DNA of 62,860 bases, the filler included, from a bacterium (GTDB lineage: Bacteria > UBP18 > UBA7526), in the NCBI GenBank assembly GCA_030615855.1. It is 5 parts of 5 records of this genome, joined end to end, with 100 filler letters (N's around TTAATTAATTAA, not from the genome) between each part and the next. Parts side by side here need not be neighbours in the genome. Positions count along the whole stretch, not along the records: positions 1 to 22,650 come from JAUWYL010000022.1; 4 more parts are not named here. One strand, given 5' to 3'. Below are positions 8,148 through 18,882 of this stretch, in pieces. The position numbers and the translations under genes were made by a program. The first letter of the stretch is position 1; every line of letters begins with the position of its first letter. The notes under the pieces are model-generated. The model was not told where the DNA came from. It did no database searches and worked only from the letters and a program-made list of their open reading frames with translations.

Positions 8148-8524
8148 TAAACCCTCCTTCTCTTCCTGGCACGGCAGCCATTGTGGGGAATGGGAGTGAC
8201 ATCCTTAATTGCGGTAATCACCAGTCCTACCGCCTGGAGGGAGCGGATGGCCGTCTCCCTTCCCGAACCTGGTCCTTTGACATAGACCGCCACTTCCTTC
8301 AAACCTTTCTCCATGGCTTTCTTTGCCGAGTTCTCAGCTATTAGCCCAGCAGCAAAAGGAGTAGACTTCCTAGTTCCCTTAAACCCCAGACTACCTGCAG
8401 ATGCCCAAGAGATGACATTTCCCTGAGTATCAGTAATGGTAACGATGGTATTATTGAAAGTAGCCTGGATATGGGCAATCCCTTTCTCTACCCCTCTCTT
8501 TTGGGTTTTCTTCTCCTGAATCAC
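8147..8524 (-). CDS. rpsK: 30S ribosomal protein S11
   Basis: [26 protein letters not shown]. Confidence 0.98.
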   Translation of the reverse strand: MIQEKKTQKRGVEKGIAHIQATFNNTIVTITDTQGNVISWASAGSLGFKGTRKSTPFAAGLIAENSAKKAMEKGLKEVAVYVKGPGSGRETAIRSLQAVGLVITAIKDVTPIPHNGCRARKRRRV

Positions 8525-8928
8525 TTCTTCCTCTCCTCTCTCAGGGTCATTCTCTTCGTTTTCTCCCTAACAACGCCCACTGTCTTGCGTGGCCCCTTCC
8601 TTGTCCGAGCATTGGAGTGTGTCCTCTGCCCTCTCACCGGTAGGCCCTTCCTATGCCTCAGGCCCCGATAGCTCCCGATCTCTATGAGCCTCTTAATATT
8701 CTGGGCAACCTCGGTCCTCAGATCTCCCTCTACCCTATGTTCCTTGCTGACCACAGCGTTCAGCTTTCCTACCTCCTCCTCTGTCAGATCCTTCACCCTG
8801 GTATTTGGATGGACATTGGCAGTTGATAGAATCTTGTTGGCTAAGGTTCTTCCTACGCCATAGATATAGGTAAGGGCGATCTCTATCCTCTTATCCCGCG
8901 GTAGATCAACTCCTGCTACTCTTGCCAT
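8521..8928 (-). CDS. rpsM: 30S ribosomal protein S13
   Basis: [27 protein letters not shown]. Confidence 0.98.
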   Translation of the reverse strand: MARVAGVDLPRDKRIEIALTYIYGVGRTLANKILSTANVHPNTRVKDLTEEEVGKLNAVVSKEHRVEGDLRTEVAQNIKRLIEIGSYRGLRHRKGLPVRGQRTHSNARTRKGPRKTVGVVREKTKRMTLREERKK

Positions 8929-8941
8929 ACATTTCTCCTTT

Positions 8942-9057
8942 CAAACGCTGATACTCAACGCACTTCGTTTGCCTTGAGGCTTATCCGCTGATCTTTTTAT
9001 CTGCGCTAATCTGCGTCCTTTTATTTTTTCTCCTTGCTATCTGCGATAATCTGCGTA
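8942..9057. repeat. Inverted (cgctgat)/(atctgcg) array
   Basis: cgctgat twice on the left, atctgcg four times on the right; shorter copy at 14816-14854. Confidence 0.75.
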
Positions 9058-9171
9058 TTAGCCCTGGCGCTGCTTATGTCTTGGGTTACGGCATATGACC
9101 ATGACTACCCCTCTTCTTTTTATTATCTTACAGCTCTTGCATATTCGCTTAACAGAACTACGAACCTTCAT
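9058..9171 (-). CDS. rpmJ: 50S ribosomal protein L36
   Basis: Manual translation [37 protein letters not shown]; below the ORF-track cutoff. Confidence 0.97.
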   Translation of the reverse strand: MKVRSSVKRICKSCKIIKRRGVVMVICRNPRHKQRQG

Positions 9172-9234
9172 TCCAACCTCGCTTACGCTCGGTTCGTTTA
9201 CCGTGAACGGTTAACGGTTAATCGTAAACCATCA

Positions 9235-9456
9235 TTACTTATGTCTATAAGTAATCCTTCCCCTGGTCAGGTCATAGGGAGAGAGCTCGACCGTCACCTT
9301 GTCTCCGGGCAGGATCTTGATATAGTACATTCTCATCTTACCCGAGACATGGGCAAGGATCTTATGCCCGCCTTCAAGCTCTACCCGAAACATGGCATTG
9401 GGCAGGGTTTCAATCACCGTACCTTCTACAACAACCGGCTCTTCCTTCTTAACCAT
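9235..9456 (-). CDS. infA: Translation initiation factor IF-1
   Basis: [17 protein letters not shown] and [18 protein letters not shown]; start trimmed to MVKKEEP. Confidence 0.97.
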   Translation of the reverse strand: MVKKEEPVVVEGTVIETLPNAMFRVELEGGHKILAHVSGKMRMYYIKILPGDKVTVELSPYDLTRGRITYRHK

Positions 9457-9471
9457 CTTCACTCCACTCAG

Positions 9472-9559
9472 ATTGAACAATGAACAAGTAACATTGAACA
9501 ATGAACAATTTTTCCAGCCTCACTTTTCACTTCTTACTTTTTACTTGCTACTTGCTACT
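9472..9559. repeat. Heptamer arrays (tgaacaa)n and (tacttgc)n
   Basis: Visible 7-nt periodicity between map and infA. Confidence 0.75.
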
Positions 9560-10305
9560 TATAATGCAGTAAGTATCCAGGGCCCCTTCCTCGTTATTGC
9601 TACAGTATGTTCAAACTGAGCAGAGAGAGACCTATCTGAAGTAACTACCGTCCAGTTATCTCTTTTGACCTTCACCCTGAAGTCGCCGGCATTCACCATG
9701 GGCTCGATGGCTAAGACCATCCCCTCCTTCAATCTCGGCCCCCTCCCTGGAGGACCGAAGTGGGGAACTGGAGGATCCTCGTGCATCTTTTGACCGAGGC
9801 CATGGCCCACGTAATCCCGGACCACAGAGTATCCCCTTCCCTCAACATAGGATTGTATGGCATGGGAGATATCGCTTAATCTATTTCCAATGACCGTCTT
9901 CTTTATTCCTTTATATAGTGCCTCTTCCGTTACTTCCAATAATTCCTTTACCTGGGAAGAGATCTCTCCTACGGGATAGGTCACTGCATAGTCCCCACAG
10001 TAGCCATTCAACCTCACTCCAATATCGATCCCAATAATATCCCCGTTAGATAGTCTCCTTTTGCCCGGGATACCGTGAACTACTTCTTCGTTGATGGCGG
10101 TGCAGATATGGGCGGGAAAGCCATGATAACCCAGAAAGATGCTCTGAGCATGCTTCTTTTTTAATAAAGAAGCAACCAATTCATCCAGTTCTTTTGTAGT
10201 TATTCCTGGTCGAAGGTGCTGCTCGACGAGAGCGTGGGCCTCTGAGACCAGACGGCCGGCCTCCCTCATAAGCAGAAGCTCTTCTTCTGACTTCAGGATG
10301 ATCAT
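9559..10305 (-). CDS. map: Methionine aminopeptidase type I
   Basis: NEEVVHGIP, GHGLG..MHEDP, AIEPM and SAQFEHT motifs. Confidence 0.97.
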   Translation of the reverse strand: MIILKSEEELLLMREAGRLVSEAHALVEQHLRPGITTKELDELVASLLKKKHAQSIFLGYHGFPAHICTAINEEVVHGIPGKRRLSNGDIIGIDIGVRLNGYCGDYAVTYPVGEISSQVKELLEVTEEALYKGIKKTVIGNRLSDISHAIQSYVEGRGYSVVRDYVGHGLGQKMHEDPPVPHFGPPGRGPRLKEGMVLAIEPMVNAGDFRVKVKRDNWTVVTSDRSLSAQFEHTVAITRKGPWILTAL

Positions 10306-10928
10306 CTTACGCTTCCTAAAAGATTCTTAGTAACCTCTTCTTTGCTTCTCCCACCATCGATGATAATCAAGAGTCCTTTCTTCCTATAATACTTAATTAA
10401 GGGTTGAGTCTCTTCTCTATAGACTTCTAACCTCTTTAGGATGGCCTCTTTTTTATCATCCTCCCGAATGATTAACTCTCCCCCACACCTATCGCATATC
10501 CTCTCTCTCTTGGGAGGAAGGTAGATAATGTGGTACAGGGCCCCACATCCCTTACAGGTCCTTCTCCCAGATAGCCTCTCAATGGCTACCTCATCCTCTA
10601 CTTTTAGATTAATGACCTTATCTATATTGGATATCTTCTCCAAAGCCTCTGCCTGAGGTATGGTCCGGGGAAAGCCATCAAATAAGAACCCCTTCTTACA
10701 ATCCTCTCTCTTTATCCTCTCTTTGATTAGGTCTATGATTAGATCATCGGGAACGAGATGGCCCTTATCCATGTACTCCTTTGCCTTGAGCCCCAGGGGA
10801 GTTCTATCTTCTGAGGCCTGGCGCAGTATATCCCCGGTTGAGATATGGGGGATATTCAGTTCCTCGGCTAGGATCTTGGCCTGAGTCCCCTTCCCTGCTC
10901 CAGGAAGACCGAGCAAAATAATCCTCAC
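10302..10928 (-). CDS. adk: Adenylate kinase (zinc lid)
   Basis: GLPGAGKGTQ, HISTGD and DGFPRT motifs; CxxC pairs in the lid. Confidence 0.97.
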   Translation of the reverse strand: MRIILLGLPGAGKGTQAKILAEELNIPHISTGDILRQASEDRTPLGLKAKEYMDKGHLVPDDLIIDLIKERIKREDCKKGFLFDGFPRTIPQAEALEKISNIDKVINLKVEDEVAIERLSGRRTCKGCGALYHIIYLPPKRERICDRCGGELIIREDDKKEAILKRLEVYREETQPLIKYYRKKGLLIIIDGGRSKEEVTKNLLGSVR

Positions 10929-10945
10929 TCTTAACTCCTACGGAT

Positions 10946-11208
10946 TACGTCAAACGGTTGCCCTTCACTTCATTCAGGATACCTCGCAGGAGTGAAGTAT
11001 CCCGAGCTAATGGCGAGGGGCGGTTGCGAGGCTCGTATTGAATGATACGTCGCAATATCAAAAATCAAAATGTAAAAATTAAAATGATCCGTCTGAAACG
11101 GACAAAATACAAAATTTTAAATTTTAATTTGTAATTTTAATATTTAATTCTTAATACTTGATTTCTCAGCGTAGACGAAACGAGCAGCGTAATTGATAAA
11201 CGAATGAC
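10946..11208. repeat. Composite element: conserved frame enclosing inverted heptamer arrays
   Basis: tacgtcaaacggttgc...gagcagcgtaa..cgaatgac frame shared with 35803-35980; inner (tcaaaaa)/(ttttaat) arrays. Confidence 0.75.
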
Positions 11209-11216
11209 GATCTTTT

Positions 11217-12539
11217 TTAGAACCTGGCCTTTATCTTCCCCTTCTTTATGAAGCCTTCGTAGTGGCGCATGAGTAGGTGATTCTCAATCTGCTTCACAGT
11301 ATCTAAGGCTACCCCCACCACGATGAGCATCCCGGTCCCCCCATAGAAGCCAGCCAGAAGAGCCGAGACTCCCAGTCTGGTATTGACCACGTCTGGAAAG
11401 AGGGCGATGGCCGCCAGGGCAACGGCTCCCGCCAAGGTAATCCTAGAGAGGGTGCGCTCGATATATTCCGAGGTTGATCTTCCCGGCCTTATCCCGGGGA
11501 TGAAGCCCCCGTACCTCTTCATATTATCTGCTAAGTCCAGGGGGTTGAAGATCATGGCGGTATAGAAATAACAGAAGAAGATGATCAAGATAGCATAGAG
11601 GATGGAATAGAGGAGATGTCCTGGGGAAAGCCATACCCCAATCCCCTCCATAAACTCCAGCCTGGTGAAGGTAGCGATGGTGGCCGGGAACATGAGAATG
11701 GAGGAGGCGAATATTATGGGGATGACTCCTGGGGTATTGACCCTTATGGGGATAAAGGTGCTCTGTCCCCCATACATCCTCCTTCCCACGATTCTTTTAG
11801 CATACTGAACGGGAATCTTTCTCTGGCCCTCAGTGATGATCACTATTCCGGCAATGACTAGAGCCATCAAAGCCAGCATGAAGGCCAGTTTCACAGGGGA
11901 GAGCACCCCACTTTTCAGTTGCGCTGCGGTCTGGATCCCTGCCTGGGGGAGACGGGCTACGATCCCGGCAAATATGATGAGTGAGATTCCGTTCCCAATT
12001 CCCCTCTCCGTAATCTGCTCTCCCAGCCACATGATGAAGATGGTGCCGGCGGTCATGGTTAAGACAGTGATTAAAAGGAAAGAGGGGCCGGGTGAGGGGA
12101 CAACGGATATGCCTGTCGTCTCGGTCTTTAGATGCTGGAGCCAGACGGCGAGGCCTGAACCCTGGATGAGGCAGATGAAGACCGTGGCATATCTGGTATA
12201 CTGGTTGATCTTTCTCCTTCCTGCCTCTCCCTCCTTCTGCAGCCTTTCAAGCTGCGGGATGGTGGGGATGAGTAAGGAGAAGATGATGGAGGCCGTGATA
12301 TAGGGCATGATGCCCAGGGCGAAGACCGTGGCCCTCCCCAATGCTCCTCCAGTAAACATGTCGAAGTAGGTGAGGAGGGTTCCCTTGGCCTCAGCGAAGA
12401 ACTGGCCGAGAGCAGCTCCATCGATCCCTGGGGTTGGGATGTGCCCCCCTATCCGATAGACAACGAGTATGGCAAAGGTGAATAGGATCCTTTTCTTTAA
12501 TTCTGGTATCTTGAAGGCATCCCTAAAGGCTCTTAACAC
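11217..12539 (-). CDS. secY: Preprotein translocase subunit SecY
   Basis: [34 protein letters not shown] and [10 protein letters not shown] motifs. Confidence 0.98.
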   Translation of the reverse strand: MLRAFRDAFKIPELKKRILFTFAILVVYRIGGHIPTPGIDGAALGQFFAEAKGTLLTYFDMFTGGALGRATVFALGIMPYITASIIFSLLIPTIPQLERLQKEGEAGRRKINQYTRYATVFICLIQGSGLAVWLQHLKTETTGISVVPSPGPSFLLITVLTMTAGTIFIMWLGEQITERGIGNGISLIIFAGIVARLPQAGIQTAAQLKSGVLSPVKLAFMLALMALVIAGIVIITEGQRKIPVQYAKRIVGRRMYGGQSTFIPIRVNTPGVIPIIFASSILMFPATIATFTRLEFMEGIGVWLSPGHLLYSILYAILIIFFCYFYTAMIFNPLDLADNMKRYGGFIPGIRPGRSTSEYIERTLSRITLAGAVALAAIALFPDVVNTRLGVSALLAGFYGGTGMLIVVGVALDTVKQIENHLLMRHYEGFIKKGKIKARF

Positions 12540-12976
12540 TTGATCACCTCTATCTCTCCCCCAGCCTCCTTTATTCTTTCTATTGCTTTCTGAGAGAAGG
12601 CATGAGCACTCACCTTCAGTCCTTTGGTCAACTTCCCCTCACCCAGGATCTTTATCCTATCCCTCTTTCTCGCCAGGCCCTTCTTCACTAAGAAGTCTGG
12701 AGTAATTTTACTCCCTTCCTTGAACCTCTCTAAATCCCTAACATTCAGGATAGCGTATTCTTTCTTAAAGATGTTGACGAAGCCCCTCTTGGGGAGCCTC
12801 CGGGAGAGGGGCATCTGTCCTCCCTCAAAGCCCGGTCTCACCCCGCCTCCGCTGCGCGCCTTCTGTCCCTTATGGCCCCGGGTGGAGGTCTTCCCATGGC
12901 CACTAGATCTACCCCTTCCCACCCTCTTGGGTCTTTTTTTACTCCCTCTAGGTACTTTTAACTGGCTTAACTTCAT
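12533..12976 (-). CDS. rplO: 50S ribosomal protein L15
   Basis: [30 protein letters not shown]. Confidence 0.98.
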   Translation of the reverse strand: MKLSQLKVPRGSKKRPKRVGRGRSSGHGKTSTRGHKGQKARSGGGVRPGFEGGQMPLSRRLPKRGFVNIFKKEYAILNVRDLERFKEGSKITPDFLVKKGLARKRDRIKILGEGKLTKGLKVSAHAFSQKAIERIKEAGGEIEVIKC

Positions 12977-13142
12977 CTATCCTCACCATATAAGATACCC
13001 TAGCTATCATTCCCCTTATCTGGGGATTATCTTCTTTAATTACTGAGGAGCCTATCCTCTTCAAGCCCAGGGCCTTGATGGTCCTTCTGTGCCTCTCTTT
13101 CTTTCCGGCCAGGCTCCTGATCAATGTTATCCTTATCTTCAC
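12948..13142 (-). CDS. rpmD: 50S ribosomal protein L30
   Basis: GTG start, [34 protein letters not shown]; position in the spc operon. Confidence 0.93.
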   Translation of the reverse strand: MKIRITLIRSLAGKKERHRRTIKALGLKRIGSSVIKEDNPQIRGMIARVSYMVRIDEVKPVKST

Positions 13143-13247
13143 CCCGCTCCTTTTGTTATTCACCCCGCACTTTTCCGCTACGAAAGGATACTTCAAATGT
13201 AAAAGGTGCGGGGTTCACTCTCGCTCCTCTTTGAGGGGTGGGGTTCA
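13138..13247. mobile_element. Two nested TIR elements at the rpsE/rpmD junction
   Basis: Outer ttcaccccgctcc...aggggtggggttca; inner ttcaccccgcactttt...aaaaggtgcggggttca (13159-13217). Confidence 0.7.
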
Positions 13248-13769
13248 AAGGATCTCCTCCTCTTTCTTACCCCGCCGGCGGGCAACTTCTTTAAGCTCCT
13301 TCAGCTGGGAGAGGGCAAGGAGGGTGGCCTTTACCATATTGTGGGGATTGGAGCTTCCTAAAGATTTGGTCAGAATATCCTTTATCCCACAGGCCTCGAT
13401 CACCGCTCGCACCGGCCCTCCAGCAATCACCCCAGTGCCCAACGAAGCAGGACGAAGGAGAACTTTTCCCGCCCCGAACTTTCCTATGATTCTATGGGTA
13501 ATGGTCCTTCCCTTCATGGGAACAGTGATCATATTCTTCTCCGCTCTATCATGGGCCTTCCTAATGGCCTCTGGAACATCATGGGCCTTGCCCTTTGCTA
13601 CCCCCACCTTTCCCTTTCCATCGCCCACTACTACTAAGGCAGAGAAGGAGAACCTCTTTCCTCCTTTAACCACCTTAGAGACCCGGTTGATGGAGACCAC
13701 CCTCTCAATCAGCTCCTCTTCTTTCTTCCCTTCGATCCTCTTTTCTAATTTCTTCCTCACCCGTTCCAT
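13245..13769 (-). CDS. rpsE: 30S ribosomal protein S5
   Basis: [32 protein letters not shown]. Confidence 0.98.
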   Translation of the reverse strand: MERVRKKLEKRIEGKKEEELIERVVSINRVSKVVKGGKRFSFSALVVVGDGKGKVGVAKGKAHDVPEAIRKAHDRAEKNMITVPMKGRTITHRIIGKFGAGKVLLRPASLGTGVIAGGPVRAVIEACGIKDILTKSLGSSNPHNMVKATLLALSQLKELKEVARRRGKKEEEIL

Positions 13770-13820
13770 TATTCTATATCCCTCTTCTTAGTATTCGCGA
13801 TGATTCGCGTCTTTGCGTCT

Positions 13821-14183
13821 TCAGAACTTAAGTCCCCCTTTACGTGCTCCTTCTGCTAAGGCCTTCACCCTTCCATGGTAGAGATATCCTCCTCGATCAA
13901 AAGCCACCTTTTCTATTTTCTTGGCAAGTGCCTTCTGAGCAAGAAGTTCTCCCACGGCATAAGCACTCTTTATGTTCCCACCCCTTTTAATCCTATCTCT
14001 TATCTCTTTAGAGAGGCTAGAGGCAGCAACCAATGTCTCACCCTTAAGGTCATCTATGATCTGGGCGTAGATGTGGTTGAGGCTACGAAAGACAACCAGG
14101 CGTGGCCTCTTGAGAGTGCCCAAGATCCTCTTTCTTACTCTCTTATGCCTTCTCTCTCTGGCCAGTTCTTTTTTTACAACCAT
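13821..14183 (-). CDS. rplR: 50S ribosomal protein L18
   Basis: [29 protein letters not shown]. Confidence 0.98.
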   Translation of the reverse strand: MVVKKELARERRHKRVRKRILGTLKRPRLVVFRSLNHIYAQIIDDLKGETLVAASSLSKEIRDRIKRGGNIKSAYAVGELLAQKALAKKIEKVAFDRGGYLYHGRVKALAEGARKGGLKF

Positions 14184-14202
14184 ACCCTACTCTCTCTAAA
14201 AA

Positions 14203-14246
14203 AATTCGCGTCAATTCGTGTCTTTTAATTCGCGTTGATTCGCGTC
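14203..14246. repeat. (attcgcgt) tandem array
   Basis: Same unit at 13793-13820 and 50372-50434, each next to a stop codon. Confidence 0.7.
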
Positions 14247-14801
14247 TTAAGTTCCTACCGGTCCAGTGACCGCTGCCTTCCCTACCTTGCGTTTTATATA
14301 CTCCCCTTTATACCTGATCCCCTTTCCCTTATAGGGTTCGGGTGGCTTGAGGGCCCGGATGTTAGAGGTGACCTCACCAACAAGCCCCTTATCCCCGCCC
14401 GAGACAATAATCTGGGTTCCCTTCTCCACCTTTATCCCTATTCCCTTGGGAATAGGGAACTCTACGGGATGAGAGAGACCCAAGGATAGCATGAGCTTAT
14501 CACCCTTTAGATTAGCCTTATAGCCCACCCCGATAATCTCCAGGGATTTAGAAAAGCCTTCGTTCACCCCTTTGATCATATTGGCCAGGAGGGAGCGGGA
14601 GAGGCCGTGGAGAGATTTATGGGGTTTTGCACTGGAAGGCCTCTTAATTATGATCTCCTTCTCTTTTACCTCTACCTTTATTTCAGAAGGGATCTTCCTT
14701 GTTAACTTTCCTTTCGGGCCCTCCACAGTAAAGGTATTACCTTCTATCTGGACTTTCACCCCTTCTGGTACAATAATGGGTCTTTCTCCAACTCTCGACA
14801 T
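14247..14801 (-). CDS. rplF: 50S ribosomal protein L6
   Basis: MSRVGERPI, PPEPYKGKGIRY. Confidence 0.98.
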   Translation of the reverse strand: MSRVGERPIIVPEGVKVQIEGNTFTVEGPKGKLTRKIPSEIKVEVKEKEIIIKRPSSAKPHKSLHGLSRSLLANMIKGVNEGFSKSLEIIGVGYKANLKGDKLMLSLGLSHPVEFPIPKGIGIKVEKGTQIIVSGGDKGLVGEVTSNIRALKPPEPYKGKGIRYKGEYIKRKVGKAAVTGPVGT

Positions 14802-14854
14802 CTCGCTTTCCCTTCAAACGCTGATTACCGCTGATAATCTGCGGTCATCTGCGT

Positions 14855-15253
14855 TTACCAAATGTGGCAGATAACCTCTCCCCCAATCCTTCTCTTCCTA
14901 GCCTCCTTATCCGTCATTATTCCCTGAGAAGTGGAGAGTATGGCTACGCCCAATCCGCCCAAGACCCTGGGAACCTCACTCGCCTTGGCGTAGTGTTTCA
15001 GGCTGGGCTTGCTAATCCTCTTTATACCACTAATTACCTTTTCCTTCTTTGAGGTGTACTTGAGATAGATCCTCAGTATCCCCTGCCTTCTATCCGAGAT
15101 CACCCTAAAGTTCTTAATATAACCTTCCTCTTTTAGGATTCTGGCGATCTCCTGTTTCATCTTTGAAGAAGGGATATCCACCCTATCCTTCTTTGCCTGA
15201 TTGGCATTTCTGATCCTGGTGAGCATCTCAGCAATTGGGTCAGTTACCGTCAT
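14855..15253 (-). CDS. rpsH: 30S ribosomal protein S8
   Basis: [25 protein letters not shown]. Confidence 0.98.
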   Translation of the reverse strand: MTVTDPIAEMLTRIRNANQAKKDRVDIPSSKMKQEIARILKEEGYIKNFRVISDRRQGILRIYLKYTSKKEKVISGIKRISKPSLKHYAKASEVPRVLGGLGVAILSTSQGIMTDKEARKRRIGGEVICHIW

Positions 15254-15280
15254 TTTTAAAAACCTCGCTTTACTCGGTTT

Positions 15281-15346
15281 TAGTTCGGAGCACGCTCGGC
15301 TTTGCCTCGCTTGAGTTCGGTGTTTTTTGTCTCCGAACTCCGAACT
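15281..15346. repeat. Inverted (agttcgg)/(ccgaact) array with internal insert
   Basis: Second copy at 32920-33010. Confidence 0.75.
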
Positions 15347-15369
15347 GAGATATCTGCAGTCATCTGTGG

Positions 15370-15555
15370 TTACCAGCTAGACTTGGTCACTCCCGGGATT
15401 TGGCCTTCACTGGCCAACTTCCTGAAACATATCCTGCAGATCTTGAACTTCCTCATATAGCCCCTTCTCCTCCCACAGATCTGACATCTATTATATGTCC
15501 TTGTCTTATACTTTGGCTTTCTCTTCTGCTTTGCTATCCAGGACTTTTTAGCCAT
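15370..15555 (-). CDS. rpsZ: 30S ribosomal protein S14, zinc-binding type Z
   Basis: RCQICGR...[16 protein letters not shown]. Confidence 0.96.
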   Translation of the reverse strand: MAKKSWIAKQKRKPKYKTRTYNRCQICGRRRGYMRKFKICRICFRKLASEGQIPGVTKSSW

Positions 15556-16106
15556 CATTCACTCCTCTCGCGTTTAAGGGGGAAGCCGAAGGCGGAGAGG
15601 AGTTCCCTTGCCTCCTCATTCGATTCCGCAGTAGTTACAATAGTAATATCCATGCCATGGATGAGGGGTACCTTATCATAGTCTATCTCTGGAAATACGA
15701 TCTGTTCCGTTATCCCTATGGTATAATTCCCCTTCCCATCGAAGGAGTCAGGAGAGAGACCCTTAAAGTCCCTTATCCTGGGTAGGGCGACATTTATGAG
15801 CCTATCCAGGAATTCGTACATCCTCTCTCTTCTCAGAGTCACCTTACAGCCGATCTTCACTCCTTTCCTCAGTTTGAAGGAGGCGATGGCTCTCCTTGCC
15901 TTGGTGATGAGCGGTCTTTGGCCCGTAATCTGGGCCAGTTCGTCTACTGCGGCATCCAATAATTTGGAATCGCTTAGGGCCTTTCCCATACCAACGTTGA
16001 TCACCATCTTCTCTATCCTGGGAACCTGATAGAGGTTGGTGTAATTGAACCTCTTCATCAGAAGGGGCACAATCTCTTTTTGATATCTCTCCTTCAATCT
16101 AGCCAT
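15555..16106 (-). CDS. rplE: 50S ribosomal protein L5
   Basis: [16 protein letters not shown] and [10 protein letters not shown]; start trimmed to MARLKE. Confidence 0.98.
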   Translation of the reverse strand: MARLKERYQKEIVPLLMKRFNYTNLYQVPRIEKMVINVGMGKALSDSKLLDAAVDELAQITGQRPLITKARRAIASFKLRKGVKIGCKVTLRRERMYEFLDRLINVALPRIRDFKGLSPDSFDGKGNYTIGITEQIVFPEIDYDKVPLIHGMDITIVTTAESNEEARELLSAFGFPLKRERSE

Positions 16107-16199
16107 AAATCCTCGTTTACTGTTGAGCGGCACGTTTTACTTGCCCCGCTGATGAATAACTATTATTCAATTTGCCCGCTCCTCACCTTGTTCGTCGCT

Positions 16200-16251
16200 G
16201 TTTACCGTTTACGGTAAAAAATATTATACCGTAAACCGTTAACCGTAAACC
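16200..16251. repeat. Inverted (gtttacc)/(ccgtaaa) heptamer array
   Basis: Same unit family at 9191-9231, 22067-22089 and 29656-29696. Confidence 0.75.
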
Positions 16252-16267
16252 TTTGCTAACTAATATC

Positions 16268-16594
16268 TCATTCCTTATCTATGGTCTCCCCGCATTTCTT
16301 ACAGACCCTCAATTTCTTTCCCTTCTCCACTACTTTATAATATCCTATCCTGGTAGGCTGATTACATCTGGGGCAGATGAGCATAACGTTTGAGATGGCT
16401 AAAGGAGCCTCCTTCTCTATGATCCCAGAGGGCTTTCCTTCGCCCCTTGGCTTAGTATGCCTCTTAATGAAGTTAAGGCCTTGAACAAGCACCCTCTCCT
16501 CCTTGGGAAAGAGGCCCAGGACCTTCCCTTCCTTCCTCCGCTCTTTCCCAGCGATGATCCTTACCTTGTCTCCCTTTCTTATCTTAAAACCCAT
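16268..16594 (-). CDS. rplX: 50S ribosomal protein L24
   Basis: IRKGDKVRIIAGK, EAPLAISNVM. Confidence 0.97.
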   Translation of the reverse strand: MGFKIRKGDKVRIIAGKERRKEGKVLGLFPKEERVLVQGLNFIKRHTKPRGEGKPSGIIEKEAPLAISNVMLICPRCNQPTRIGYYKVVEKGKKLRVCKKCGETIDKE

Positions 16595-16614
16595 TGTTCA
16601 CTCCGTTCGCATTT

Positions 16615-16980
16615 TCAGACGACCTCTGGAGCAAGAGAGATTAGTTTAGCAAACTTCTCCTTCAGCTCACTGGCTACTGGCCCGAATATTCTGGTCCCCA
16701 GTAGCTCCCCCTGGGCAGTGACCAAAACGCAGGCGTTCTCATCAAACTTTATATAGGAGCCATTCTCTCTTCTGGCCTCCTTCTTCATTCGCACGATAAC
16801 CGCCCGTACCACAGACCCCTTCTTTATCTCACTGGTGGGAATGGCCTCCTTGACGCTAGCCACGATAATATCCCCTAGCCGGCCATATCTTCTCTTGCTC
16901 CCACCCAGGACCCTGATACACATGACCCTTCTCACCCCAGTGTTATCCGCAACCTCTAGGACAGTTCTCTCTTGAATCAT
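16615..16980 (-). CDS. rplN: 50S ribosomal protein L14
   Basis: [23 protein letters not shown] and SLAPEV; start trimmed. Confidence 0.98.
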   Translation of the reverse strand: MIQERTVLEVADNTGVRRVMCIRVLGGSKRRYGRLGDIIVASVKEAIPTSEIKKGSVVRAVIVRMKKEARRENGSYIKFDENACVLVTAQGELLGTRIFGPVASELKEKFAKLISLAPEVV

Positions 16981-17000
16981 CTCTCCTCGCTTTGCTCGGA

Positions 17001-17262
17001 AGTTATCAGTTAATAGTAAAAATAAGATCCAATAACCAATGACCAATAACCAAACAATAACCAATGACCAATAACCAATCACCAAACTGTTTTGTCCGAC
17101 CACCTATGGTGGACGGATTGAATTTGGATATTGGAATTTGTTTGACCAATGCTTAATTATTTATGCTCTCTCCAATGCCAGCGAAGCGCATTGGGTATTG
17201 TATCTTGTATCTTGGTGTTTAATCACTAGAATTTCGGAACTATAAACTGGTTACTGGTTACT
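17001..17262. repeat. Nested inverted heptamer arrays with two hairpin inserts
   Basis: (ccaatra)n left arm, (ttgga..)/(atcttgt) right arm, outer agtt../ctggtta units. Confidence 0.85.
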
Positions 17263-17277
17263 TTAAAATATACTTTC

Positions 17278-17520
17278 TTACTTGGCCTTTTCTAATATCT
17301 TGGCTACCCGCCATCTCTTATCCTTGGAGAAGGGTCGGGCCTCGACAATCTCTACCCTATCCCCAATCCGGCACTCATTCTTCGGGTCATGAGCCTTGAA
17401 GCGCTTGGCGCGCTTTATTACCTTACCATAGAGGGGGTGGCGAAATGTTCTTTCCACTCGGACCACTACCGTCTTATCCATCCTGTTACTAACTACTCTT
17501 CCCACTCTCACCTTTCTCAC
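17278..17520 (-). CDS. rpsQ: 30S ribosomal protein S17
   Basis: [20 protein letters not shown] and RPFSKDKRW. Confidence 0.97.
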   Translation of the reverse strand: MRKVRVGRVVSNRMDKTVVVRVERTFRHPLYGKVIKRAKRFKAHDPKNECRIGDRVEIVEARPFSKDKRWRVAKILEKAK

Positions 17521-17717
17521 TTGCTCTCTCCTCTTCTTTCCTGTAGGATGGTTTTGGCCTTTGCCATCTCCCTGCGCCGTTGGCGAATGGTCAAGGGATT
17601 GGCAAGTCCTCCGGTGGACTTCTTCGCCTTGAGGTTGAATAGCTCCTCTTTTAGAGAGGAGATCTTTACCTCAAGCTCTGGGATGCTCAATTCTCTTAAA
17701 TCCTCTTTCTTGGGCAT
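17517..17717 (-). CDS. rpmC: 50S ribosomal protein L29
   Basis: LKEELFNLK...[14 protein letters not shown]; operon position. Confidence 0.93.
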   Translation of the reverse strand: MPKKEDLRELSIPELEVKISSLKEELFNLKAKKSTGGLANPLTIRQRRREMAKAKTILQERRGESK

Positions 17718-17718
17718 A

Positions 17719-18126
17719 TTATCTTCTCTGAACGAACTTCGTCTTCAGGGGTAGCTTACGGGCAGCGCGCTCCATGGCCTCCTGGGCAATTGATTCTGAT
17801 ACCCCAGCCAGTTCGAATAGCATTCTGCCCGGCTTGACCACCGCCACCCAGATCTCAGGGGCTCCCTTCCCCTTTCCCATCCTGGTTTCTAAAGGCTTCT
17901 TGGTCACTGGTTTATCGGGAAAGATCCTGACCCAGATCTTTCCTCCTCTTTTGATAAAATGGGTGAGGGCCACCCTCGCTGCCTCTATCTGGCGGGTGGT
18001 TACCCAGGAGGGCTCCAGGGCCTGGAGGCCATACTCTCCGAAGCTCACCCTAGAGCCCCGAAAGGCCTTCCCTCTCATCCTGCCTCTCTGCTGCTTTCTA
18101 TGTTTTACTCTCTTAGGCATTAACAT
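17719..18126 (-). CDS. rplP: 50S ribosomal protein L16
   Basis: [24 protein letters not shown]. Confidence 0.98.
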   Translation of the reverse strand: MLMPKRVKHRKQQRGRMRGKAFRGSRVSFGEYGLQALEPSWVTTRQIEAARVALTHFIKRGGKIWVRIFPDKPVTKKPLETRMGKGKGAPEIWVAVVKPGRMLFELAGVSESIAQEAMERAARKLPLKTKFVQRR

Positions 18127-18132
18127 AATTAC

Positions 18133-18771
18133 TCACTCTTCGTTTTCTTTGGGCTTCCCTTCCTTGAATATCCAAACCTTTACCCCAATCCTTCCATATG
18201 TCGTGTGGGCCTCACTGAACCCATAATCGATATCTGCCCTCAGGGTATGTAAGGGAACTCTTCCTTTTCTATACCACTCTGTTCTAGCAATCTCCGCTCC
18301 CCCCAGGCGACCACTGCAGGCGATCTTTATTCCCTTGGCTCCCGCCTCCAGGGCATTCTCCACCATCCTCTTCATGGCCCTTCGGAAGCCGCGCCTTTTC
18401 TCAAGTTGGAGGGCAACGCTCTCTGCTACTAACTGGGCATCTAGGAAGGGGGTTTCTATCTCCTGGATGTTGAGATAGATCTCCTTACTCGTTATTTTAG
18501 AGAGGTCCTCCTTTAATCTCTCCACCTCCGCCCCTTTTCTTCCGATGACGATCCCAGGGCGAGCAGCGAAGATATTGATTCTCAGGCGCTTTCCTGCCCG
18601 GTAGATCTCTATCTTAGAGATGCCGGCGCGATGCAGCCTCTCCTTTATGAACTTGCGAATCCGAAAGTCTTCCAACAGTAGGTCGCCGTAATCCTTTTTG
18701 GCAAACCACTTGCTCTTCCAGTCCTTTACGATCCCGATTCGGAAGCTAAGGGGATGAACCTTCTGTCCCAT
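18133..18771 (-). CDS. rpsC: 30S ribosomal protein S3
   Basis: [21 protein letters not shown]; start trimmed. Confidence 0.98.
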   Translation of the reverse strand: MGQKVHPLSFRIGIVKDWKSKWFAKKDYGDLLLEDFRIRKFIKERLHRAGISKIEIYRAGKRLRINIFAARPGIVIGRKGAEVERLKEDLSKITSKEIYLNIQEIETPFLDAQLVAESVALQLEKRRGFRRAMKRMVENALEAGAKGIKIACSGRLGGAEIARTEWYRKGRVPLHTLRADIDYGFSEAHTTYGRIGVKVWIFKEGKPKENEE

Positions 18772-18793
18772 AATAACCCTCGCTACGCTCTGT

Positions 18794-18882
18794 AAAATCA
18801 AATATTAAAATTTAAATATTAAAATTCAAAAAGTTTCGTAATTTTGATTTGTCACTTTGATTTTTGATTTTTAATTTTTGAT
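18794..18882. repeat. Inverted AT-rich heptamer array overlapping the rplV 3' end
   Basis: (aaatatt/aaaattt)n...(tttgatt)n. Confidence 0.75.

Noticed and set aside
13075-13791. Long plus-strand ORFs opposite conserved genes (also 35252-35935, 50438-51112)
   Set aside because: Antisense shadows with no recognisable motifs.
16981-17103. Long N-terminal extensions in the ORF track (rplN, rplC, rplB, infA, rpmD, lptB, archease)
   Set aside because: Upstream in-frame starts run through repeat arrays; conserved starts lie downstream.
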